NCBI GenBank assembly: GCA_018985225.1 | Contig: JADGIF010000531.1 | Span: forward strand, 1-7,054 | Length of the DNA stretch: 7,054 nucleotides | Reading direction: 5' to 3' | From: Amoeboradix gromovi X-113 | Taxonomy: Eukaryota > Fungi > Sanchytriomycota | Part shown: positions 1-7,054 of the stretch, piece by piece | How the letters are laid out: every line of letters starts with the position of its first letter | How positions within the stretch are numbered: position 1 is the stretch's first letter | Made by a program: the position numbers and the translations under genes | Notes under the pieces: model-generated | Seen by the model: the letters and a program-made list of their open reading frames with translations, nothing else | Databases searched by the model: none | What the model was told of the DNA's origin: nothing

Positions 1-258
1 GAAATATGGCCACAATGTCACATTACACATTCAAGGAACGCTTGAAGTTCAAGTGTAAACAAAGAGGAAAGACGATGCTTGAATCTAATGAAGCATATAC
101 TAGTCAGACATATACAAGGTGTGGTACTCTAAAGAAACTCAATTTGGAGAGCTGCACCTGCAAAACTATCATATAAAAGTGATAGAGACCATATGGCAGC
201 AATGAACATATACATCAAGTATATGCATGCTTATTCAATCCCACCTCAAGTTAGCTGA
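1..258 (+). pseudogene. 3' part of a Fanzor2/IS607-TnpB-like RNA-guided endonuclease gene, frameshifted and cut off by the window edge
   Basis: Frame 3 (3-173) reads NMATMSHYTFKERLKFKCKQRGKTMLESNEAYTSQTYTRCGTLKKLNLESCTCKTII, then TAA at 174-176. Frame 1 (172-258) continues YKSDRDHMAAMNIYIKYMHAYSIPPQVS, then TGA. The order of motifs matches the TnpB/Fanzor C-terminus: SHYxFKxRLxxKC helix, NEAYTSxT-CxxCG zinc ribbon, second CxxC, then the DRDxxAAxNI RuvC-III motif. Lesions are a net frameshift near 162-172 and Tyr (TAT 111-113) in place of the first zinc-finger Cys. Confidence 0.88.
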
Positions 259-359
259 AACTTTAGCAACCACAGTAGTTAATTGACTTTTATTGTTAGT
301 TTCTCTGGAAATTCTTTTTTTTACAAATGGGAAATCAAATATAAAAGATAAGCTAACTT
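248..359 (+). ncRNA. Candidate omega-RNA scaffold of the Fanzor element; boundaries approximate
   Basis: A perfect 9-bp closing stem, AAGTTAGCT (248-256) with AGCTAACTT (351-359), encloses a bulged hairpin at 257-303 and a weaker stem at 313-318/343-348. Its position across and just after the nuclease stop codon is where TnpB/Fanzor guide scaffolds lie. Confidence 0.45.
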
Positions 360-722
360 TCTGAAGTAGTTTGAATCGTTATACCAAGTGTGTATTAACT
401 GATAGTAAATTAAATTAATCTGTTCATTTAAATTATTTTTGTATAAAAGCTTTTTATTCATTAAAATCTTATAAACAATGATTAATAAGAAGAAGAAAAG
501 GAAAAAGGAACAGATAAAGAGTATCGTCTAAGAAGATGCAGCTTTTGCTTGGACACTCAAAGACCTTATGTATTTGAAAGATAGTGGGTCATCTTGTTTT
601 ATTTTAAAGAGAGGAATGACGTTAATGAAAGAAGGACTTTTATTAACAATAGTATTTCCTCCTTATGGAGCACCGACTTTAAAAACGACTTCAATTGAGA
701 CTGATAAAACCTCCGCTTTAAA

Positions 723-1391
723 ATGGATATTTCAGTTGTAACAGGAAAAGCAAGAACTCATCTACGCACTGTGCAGGAATGCCTCAAAAGCTTCAACATG
801 GAAATTCCTACAGAATATGAAGGTATTGTAAACTTCATTATATCTTATCTTGCAATCTTAAAGAACTTTGAATCCATAATAGACCAAAAGTGGTTGACAG
901 AGCATAGGCTAGCCTTGAAAAAATATTACGATGCTATTAAAATGACTCCTAATCCTGCCGACGATGAACGAGTGCATTCCTGGTTAGAGAATCACAGGAA
1001 AAAAGCGCAAGAAAATTTTAAAGACGACATATCCTCTACGAATAGCGAATCTTCCGTCTATTCTGCTAATAAAATAAAGGAATCGTATCATAGATTGCCG
1101 AAAGTGGGTTATTCACATTTTTTGGAGATTGCAGTTTTGAAAGAAGAAATGAGAAAATTGAAAGAAGTTCAGCGGAAAGAAATGGAGGATATGATGCGTG
1201 AAAACGAGACTCTTAAAATCATAGTTCATGAATTCTTAGACCACAATAATACAAAACACGAGCAACAGAATGAACAATTTAGACAAATTGAGCACGAAAT
1301 TACTGAACTAAAGAGGATACTCGGGAATAATAGTGAACAGGTTAATAATGTCGAGGTTTATAGAAAGAAAATAAAGACAGAAACTCAGTAA
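723..1391 (+). CDS. Hypothetical protein (222 aa) with C-terminal coiled coil and basic tail
   Basis: Uninterrupted 669-nt ATG-to-TAA ORF in AT-rich DNA, with an in-frame stop upstream at 705-707. It has an E/K/Q-rich heptad-like stretch (LKEEMRKLKEVQRKEMEDMMRENETLK...IEHEITELKRIL) and an NLS-like RKKIK. No family recognised. Confidence 0.65.
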   Translation: MDISVVTGKARTHLRTVQECLKSFNMEIPTEYEGIVNFIISYLAILKNFESIIDQKWLTEHRLALKKYYDAIKMTPNPADDERVHSWLENHRKKAQENFKDDISSTNSESSVYSANKIKESYHRLPKVGYSHFLEIAVLKEEMRKLKEVQRKEMEDMMRENETLKIIVHEFLDHNNTKHEQQNEQFRQIEHEITELKRILGNNSEQVNNVEVYRKKIKTETQ

Positions 1392-1520
1392 AGTTGTAAA
1401 GTAAGAATGGTTTTCTTTAGCTCTTTACTGCCATTATGTTAAGAGGTCTTTATCAGCGTATAGAAAATACTCTGTGCTGTAAAACATCGCACTAACTTTC
1501 TTTTGTGCCTTTAAAATTTG

Positions 1521-1582
1521 CACCAGTGAGCTCAGTCCATGTTTCTCTAAATCTAATTCATGGCGTCCTACAGCAATAAATA
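1521..1582 (+). promoter_or_regulatory. Putative promoter of Trp-rich peptide gene 1
   Basis: 1521-1550 matches 2023-2052 at 24 of 30 positions without gaps. TATA-like AATAAATA at 1575-1582 starts 29 nt before the ATG, the same spacing as in copy 2. Confidence 0.5.
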
Positions 1583-1603
1583 GCACTGTCTCCCGACTGT
1601 ATT

Positions 1604-1846
1604 ATGTTAGCGTTATTTGCAGTCCTAGGCATTTCTGTTTCCAACGAAGCAGAAATAGAAAAGCGTGACGATGTCAACACATGGACGAACCAATGGAACA
1701 GAAACAACAATCAGGGTTGGAGAAGAAAATGGTGTCGAGAGCATCGCCACAAAAGATGCGGAGGGTGGCAATCAGATTGGTATTGGCGCTACTGTCGTGA
1801 CTGGGATCGTGATTGGTGGAATAGTGAATGGAGAGGGAATTGGTGA
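1604..1846 (+). CDS. Small Trp/Arg-rich, probably secreted prepropeptide, paralog 1 (80 aa)
   Basis: Short hydrophobic N-terminus MLALFAVLGISVS, then an acidic pro-segment ending in a Kex2-type site (EAEIEKR). The remaining 59 aa contain 12 Trp and 3 Cys. It aligns without gaps to the downstream paralog. AATAAA lies at 1853-1858. Confidence 0.85.
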   Translation: MLALFAVLGISVSNEAEIEKRDDVNTWTNQWNRNNNQGWRRKWCREHRHKRCGGWQSDWYWRYCRDWDRDWWNSEWRGNW

Positions 1847-2022
1847 TAGAATAATAAATCATATCATAATATTTAGGTTATGCCATTTATCTCATATTTA
1901 AAGAATGCCAAATTACGAAACTTTGTGATTTTAAATTATATCGCCCCTTAATTAACGATCTTATTTATTAAAGCGGTGCATATTTCACTAAAAGTCTCAT
2001 TTTGAAGTTTAATTTTAGGGTC

Positions 2023-2084
2023 CACCAATAGGCTTAGGCCATATTTCTCTAATTTCTCATTAATTCTCAAAATTGCTATAAATA
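2023..2084 (+). promoter_or_regulatory. Putative promoter of Trp-rich peptide gene 2 with CCAAT and TATA motifs
   Basis: CCAAT at 2025-2029, CCATATTTCTCTAA at 2039-2052 and TATAAATA at 2077-2084. All are collinear with the region upstream of paralog 1 at a constant 502-nt offset. Confidence 0.55.
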
Positions 2085-2105
2085 TCCTTGTCTTTCAAAA
2101 AACCA

Positions 2106-2357
2106 ATGTTACAACTAGCAATCGGAGCTCTAGGAATTTCCCTACAAGATGTCGGCACATTAAACCACGATTTGGACAGCGGTGATTACAACTCATGGAC
2201 AACTAAGTGGAATAACAACGATGATCATGAATGGCGAAGACAGTGGTGCCGCAGACATCGCTTTAAGAAACATGGTGGTTGGCAATCAGACTGGTATGGT
2301 AGCAATTGCAAAGACTGGGATATTGACTGGTGGAATCAAGAATGGCAAGACTACTAG
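2106..2357 (+). CDS. Small Trp-rich, probably secreted peptide, paralog 2 (83 aa from ATG 2106)
   Basis: ATG 2106 is preferred over the track's TTG 2088 because it corresponds to the paralog 1 start. The leader is MLQLAIGALGISL. The C-terminal 58 aa are 34/58 identical to paralog 1, with 10 Trp and 2 Cys all conserved. AATAAA lies at 2367-2372. Confidence 0.85.
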   Translation: MLQLAIGALGISLQDVGTLNHDLDSGDYNSWTTKWNNNDDHEWRRQWCRRHRFKKHGGWQSDWYGSNCKDWDIDWWNQEWQDY

Positions 2358-2379
2358 TGGTAATTAAATAAACTATAAA

Positions 2380-5300
2380 TTATTTACTTAATATTTGATG
2401 ACACAACTCTTTGACCAATACTGCAGGGTCGTTTCTCTCTAACTGTTCTAGTTTTTCTGTTTGCCTGCTACTTAATTTTGCAGAGTTTTGGATCAACTCT
2501 GATACAATCTTTAGTATTTTGACTCTAGCTATTGGTTTCTTTTGTGTCAATACTTTTTCCATTAACGAGCTTACCATTTCGTTATTCTTAGACACCGCAT
2601 CTGAAATGTTTTCCGATATTTGGCATAGTTTTAATATGGAGTCTAGTAAACCTACAAAGTACTGGCCTCTTGTATTATTTAAAGCTAATACAAGTCTTCC
2701 CACGCTCTTTATTATGTGTGACTCTAGCAGTATCAAATCATCTTGACACCAACTTACAATTGCTTCTAATATGTTAACAACCCAATTAGAATCCTCTAGA
2801 AAACACATGTATTGTTGCATTGTAGCTTCGTTATTTATGTACTTTTTGCAATACTTATTAGTCGGAAATTCTGACAATATTGGCAACGCAAATTGTTTAA
2901 ATGTAGAGGATGAATTAGCTGCTTCCAATAATGCCTTTAAGGAGTATTGGCAAGCAAATTCCTGTCTTTGTTTGTTAATCCTACACAAATAAAACAAGGC
3001 ATTGAGACTCTGGTTCTTAATATCGTTAATAAACGGACCTTCACCACTCAATAACTTGCACAACTTTTCTACGCATCCCGCCTTCTCCAATCTATCCAAG
3101 TTATAGCTATCCATACTCAGGTTCTTGATTACCTTGAGCACTATAACTTGCAAATGTGTTGGTATGTAGTCCATCATTTTGAGCAATTCTAAGTAAGTTT
3201 CAATTTACCGTGTATAACTGCAGGCTCAGCAAAGTTGCGTTTTACACTCGTGTCTGACTGACTAAACAACAAGAAAATGTTTAATATCTTTTGTGAGTAC
3301 TCTGTACTTTCACTTCCTCTAAACTTTATTGAGAATTGCAAGGCATCAATAAGCAAAATGAGTATTTGAAATTTTATTAGCAGACGACATAAATCATTTT
3401 TTATACTCTTCATAGGCAGATCAAATATACATCTTATAGCATCTATGCAAATCCAAATAATTTCAGGATCAAGTTGTTTATCTAGCATGGATATCAATAC
3501 TGTAAATCCATTGCTGATAATGAACATCTGAAGTGTCGATTTGGTTAAATTCAGTAATTTTATGAAAGATGCTACTTGTTTTATTAATTCTTTAGGATAT
3601 GTTTTTTGGCTGTACCGCAGTACAATAGGTATTGCACCGACTAAACACATGGACTCTAAAATATCAGGACTTTCTGCGGCTATTGAATTAACAATTACTA
3701 ATAGCACCTCAATTACTTTTAAGTCCTGGACACTACTTAATAACTCGATGATAGGAATCATTCCATGGTAACCAACAACAGTCTTTTTTAGTTCCGAGTC
3801 TTGACTAATTAGCGCTAAAACAGATTGACTGGCATCTAATATTTCAGTTTCTAAATTGCCTGGTTTAAGCATATCTAGATTTCTCATTAAGTCGCATAGT
3901 CGCTTAGCATTAATGTCTTTCAGCTCAAAATCCAAATAGTCGTCTTCATTATCGCTAACGAGAAATGGATCGTCATCCTCATGGTCTTCAAATGATATGG
4001 CTTGCTTTAGTCTTAATGACGCGCCACCAGATGAGAGTTGAGGGGATACAATATCACTATAATCATCTTCCGATTCTGCTTCTGTAAAACTGTCCAACAC
4101 CAACAAGGGGGCGGATTGTCTAAACAGTGAATTCACATGTCTTTTGTTGTCCGGTTTTCTTGGTTTAGGTTTCACCCTTATTGATTTATTAACTTCTAGT
4201 CCATCATTGTCAAAATCATCTTCTGTTTCTTTCCATTTGTTTTCCTCAAACTCTGGAGATTGTACGCCAAGTGTTGAAGGAATGTTTTTGGTTTCGAAAA
4301 AATCATCTGTTTCATTGTTTGTCTCGATAAATTTTTGGATCTCTTTCTTTTTAGTCCCTTCTCTTGATATTGGGAGACTTGGAAGACTTAGTTTTTCCAT
4401 TTTTTTCGTCGGCTTAATGTCTTCGAAGAAATCTTGATCATTCTCAATAGTTGCCTTTTGTATTTTGGTGGTAGGGACTTCAAAAGTGTCAGCCCAGTTC
4501 TCTTCCGTATCCTCAGAATACTTGGACAGCCGGCTATCCTGCTTAACTTGCTGCGATGTAGAAGGTTTTGTTTGCAACTTATTGATGTTTGGAATGACTT
4601 TGTTTCCAGTTACAGCATCAGGAGAATCTAGATCTTTTCTACGAGACTGTACCATCCAAGGATGCTTAATCAATTTTTGAGCTGTAATCCGTAAATTAGG
4701 ATCTTTTTGAAAACATTGTACTAAAAAATCTTTAACTATTTCAGAACATGATGGCGGTTTAGGTGGGCAGTCATCTTGAACAATTCTAAACAATGCAGAC
4801 ATGGCGGGAAACTCAATATAAGGCGGGTTACCAGTGCACAACTCAATAACAGTTGCACCCAAACTCCAAACATCACTAGCGGTGGTGGCACCATTCAACT
4901 CAACTATTTCAGGAGCCATCCAATAAGGTGAGCCTGCTACTTCTTGATTACCATTTGTAGTAGAAGCAATACCAAAATCAGCTAATTTGACTACACCTTG
5001 TTTATCAGTTAGCAAATTTGCAGCTTTAATATCTCTATGAATCACACCTTGATCATGTAAATATTTCAATCCTTCCAGAACCTGGGCAGTGTACATTCCA
5101 ACCAATTTTTCGCTGAAGTTTCCAAATTTCTTCATAACATGTAATAGTGAACCGGATTCACAATATTCAATTAAAATGTTCAAACATTGGACAGTTTTAA
5201 AGAATCCAATGTATCTTACTATATGCTTGTGGTTGAGTTTTTTAAGTAAATCAATTTCAAGCATCATGGAATTTAACTGCGCTTTCGGCGTACCTACCAA

Positions 5301-5432
5301 TTTAATTTGCTTGATGGCTATTACTTCACCAGTCTCCAAATTAAGTCCTCTATATACGCTACCAAATGCACCTTTTCCTAGCAAATCTCCTATTGCATAT
5401 TGCTCTGTTGATTGATCTGAGGGGTCTGACAT
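2380..5432 (-). CDS. cdc15: Cdc15/Cdc7(S. pombe)/SepH-family STE Ser/Thr kinase of the septation/mitotic exit network; two exons (5432-3209 and 3188-2380), about 1010 aa
   Basis: The N-terminal kinase domain has GKGAFG, AIKQI, HRDIKAANLL, DFG and GSPYWMAPE. An acidic low-complexity linker and a long helical ARM-like region follow. The 747-aa and 268-aa ORFs join in frame (...VIH-E-LLKMMD...) when the GT..AG segment 3208-3189 is removed. Confidence 0.9.
3189..3208 (-). other. Predicted 20-nt spliceosomal intron
   Basis: The minus strand reads GTAAATTGAAACTTACTTAG: GTAAAT donor, branch-like CTTAC and TAG acceptor. It carries the stop that ends the 747-aa ORF, and removing it restores the frame (CAC G|AA TTG). 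Confidence 0.85.
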
Positions 5433-5563
5433 TTTAGAAAGATATCGTGATTTATAAAGGCCAAGCCACAGTTAGTTACATCAAAAATAAGATTTAACAA
5501 AGCAAGATTTAATTTCAAGTGCTTGTTACTTGGGAAGTATCATTCTGCTACAGGGATTTACCA
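5433..5563. promoter_or_regulatory. Short divergent intergenic region, probable bidirectional promoter
   Basis: Only 131 nt separate the kinase ATG (5432, minus) from the LysRS ATG (5564, plus). Confidence 0.5.
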
Positions 5564-6667
5564 ATGAAACTAATAACCAGAATTAGAAAGATTCGAAGTC
5601 ACAAAACTATTACCTTTCTGGAAACATCCATGGAAATAGGAACTTTACAAGTAGTACTGAAGAAAGAACTTCATCACAACATGAAGTCAAAATTGAATGT
5701 CGGGGACGTTGTGAAAATCAAAGGAATGTATGGCTATACCGAATCGAAACAATACAGTTTATTTGCAGAAGATGTCCATGTTTTAGCAAGACCGGATCAT
5801 GTTATTCCGTTTAATGGTCAATCACACAATAGAACCGAGGAGCTATTACTAGGTCAAAACTTGAAATTATTGAAGTCTCGATTTTCCATTTTGAATGACA
5901 TTAGGAATCACTTTGTAAATTTAGAATTTACTCAAGTAGAAACGCCTATACTCCACCCTTTGTTCGGCGGCGCCAGCGCAGTTCCGTTTGAAGCTCGTTG
6001 CAGAGCTGTAGAAAAAAATGTATTTTTACGTGTCTCTCCAGAATTGTACTTAAAGAGATTTATTATTGCAGGTGTTCCCAAAGTATTTGAAATAGGCAAA
6101 GTGTTTAGAAATGAATGCCTAGATAAAACACATCACCCAGAATTTACAATTTGCGAAGCGTATCAATGCGATTCAACTCTTTCAGATTGGATGGAAATAA
6201 CAAAGTCGTTTCTAAAAGAAATGTTCACCAAGTATTTAGAGTTTTCGCCCCCAGTTGTTGTTTTAGACTCTTCTGGTTTTGATGCGGCCTCGTATGAATC
6301 GTTAGTTGAAGAAGAGACTTCTAAGTATCCTGATTCACTGGTATTTGTAATGGGGTCTCCAAAGCGTTTAACGCCATTAGCTAAGCAAGGTTTTAATGGC
6401 AATAATGAAATTTCAGTTGCTTTTGAAGTGTACTATAACTCTGTAGAACTAATTAATTGTTATGAAGAAGAAAATGATGCAATCCAGCAGGAGACAAAAT
6501 TTAGAGAATATCTTGAGAAGTGTGATGAAGACTATTTAAAGTGCTTGAGGCTGGGAATGCCGCCGACTACTGGCTGGGGACTAGGAGTAGACAGACTGGT
6601 GATGCTTCTGACAAAAACTGATCGAATTAACAAAGTTTTACCTTTTCCGTTGCGTGGAAGGAAGTGA
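5564..6667 (+). CDS. MSK1: Class II lysyl-tRNA synthetase, probably mitochondrial (MSK1-like), 367 aa from the first ATG
   Basis: OB-fold anticodon domain (RIRKIRSHKTITF...GTLQVV...VGDVVKIKG), motif 1 (FTQVETPIL, GGASAVPF), LRVSPELYLKR, motif 2 (FEIGKVFRNE...THHPEFT), ELINCYEEEND and motif 3 (GMPPTTGWGLGVDRL). From recall, YEEEN resembles fungal mitochondrial LysRS more than cytosolic YTELN. The track's GTG start at 5519 is unlikely in a eukaryote. Confidence 0.88.
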   Translation: MKLITRIRKIRSHKTITFLETSMEIGTLQVVLKKELHHNMKSKLNVGDVVKIKGMYGYTESKQYSLFAEDVHVLARPDHVIPFNGQSHNRTEELLLGQNLKLLKSRFSILNDIRNHFVNLEFTQVETPILHPLFGGASAVPFEARCRAVEKNVFLRVSPELYLKRFIIAGVPKVFEIGKVFRNECLDKTHHPEFTICEAYQCDSTLSDWMEITKSFLKEMFTKYLEFSPPVVVLDSSGFDAASYESLVEEETSKYPDSLVFVMGSPKRLTPLAKQGFNGNNEISVAFEVYYNSVELINCYEEENDAIQQETKFREYLEKCDEDYLKCLRLGMPPTTGWGLGVDRLVMLLTKTDRINKVLPFPLRGRK

Positions 6668-6727
6668 TTTCATTAAAAGTAATCCAGATACGCAGTCACT
6701 GTTAACTATTAATCACACATTAACTTC

Positions 6728-6848
6728 AAGGAATCTTATCTGTGTATAGTAGATCCTAAGGATTTCATTTATTCTTTTTCTCGTAATATATTGACTGTGA
6801 TAGAAAAACTGCAGCATATTAAGTTACGTGAAACTATACACAGTCCTT
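6728..6848. repeat. Long-range inverted repeat, possibly a structured element
   Basis: Perfect 11-bp arms CTGTGTATAGT (6740-6750) and ACTATACACAG (6833-6843). They extend past a bulge by AAGGA (6728-6732) with TCCTT (6844-6848). Confidence 0.6.
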
Positions 6849-7054
6849 CAGAGTAAATTACTCTTCTTACCAATTTATAAGAGATGAGAATTCGCATTTA
6901 GAGCTGGTTTAAATAAGCATCAGATTTTGGATCTATGGCAATGTTGTACTGTCTAGAGCAAATGCAGTAACATCTCATTTAAGAAATAAACACTTCGCTG
7001 TTACGATAAGTTGAAACTAAAATTCATTTGCAAGCATTTTGTGATTTAAAATTC

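Noticed and set aside
124-151. Possible 28-nt GT..AG intron that would repair the Fanzor frameshift
   Set aside because: Splicing would restore the frame but delete the zinc-ribbon linker and second Cys pair. The splice signals are poor, and decay is the simpler explanation.
1665-2367. Alternative-frame ORFs 1665-1901, 1674-1862 and 2182-2367
   Set aside because: They are shadows of the Trp-rich peptide genes. The signal peptide, promoter spacing and conserved Trp/Cys pattern all support the 1604 and 2106 frames.
3186-3191. Stop-codon readthrough or TAG reassignment joining the two kinase ORFs
   Set aside because: The two ORFs are in different frames, so readthrough cannot join them. TAA and TAG act as ordinary stops elsewhere in the window.
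2411-5415. Several plus-strand ORFs of 65-111 aa opposite the kinase
   Set aside because: They are antisense shadows of a long coding sequence and show no recognisable motifs.
5537-5553. GTATCATTCTGCTACAG as a 17-nt intron in the LysRS 5' region
   Set aside because: There is no upstream ATG to splice to and no frame evidence, so it cannot be supported without cDNA.
6163-6402. 79-aa minus-strand ORF
   Set aside because: It is an antisense shadow inside the LysRS gene.
5564-6667. EpmA/GenX (EF-P lysylation paralog) because of its small size
   Set aside because: An OB-fold anticodon-binding domain is present, which EpmA lacks, and the context is eukaryotic.
7038-7053. TTTGTGATTTAAAATT resembling 1922-1937 (15/16 match)
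   Set aside because: It is a short, very AT-rich match at the window edge. It could be a promoter motif but cannot be told from chance here.

Overview
AT-rich, gene-dense eukaryotic DNA using the standard genetic code; by inference a compact-genome fungus or fungus relative. From left to right: (1) the 3' end of a decayed Fanzor2/TnpB-type RNA-guided nuclease gene (1-258), missed by the ORF track, followed by nested stems that could be its omega-RNA scaffold (about 248-359); (2) an orphan coiled-coil ORF; (3) two tandem paralogous genes for small Trp-rich, probably secreted peptides, duplicated together with their promoters; (4) a Cdc15/Cdc7/SepH-type kinase with an ARM-like tail on the minus strand, split by a predicted intron of only 20 nt; (5) a divergently transcribed, very compact class II lysyl-tRNA synthetase, probably mitochondrial; (6) a non-coding tail rich in inverted repeats. 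All calls come from reading the sequence by eye; no searches or folding programs were run.
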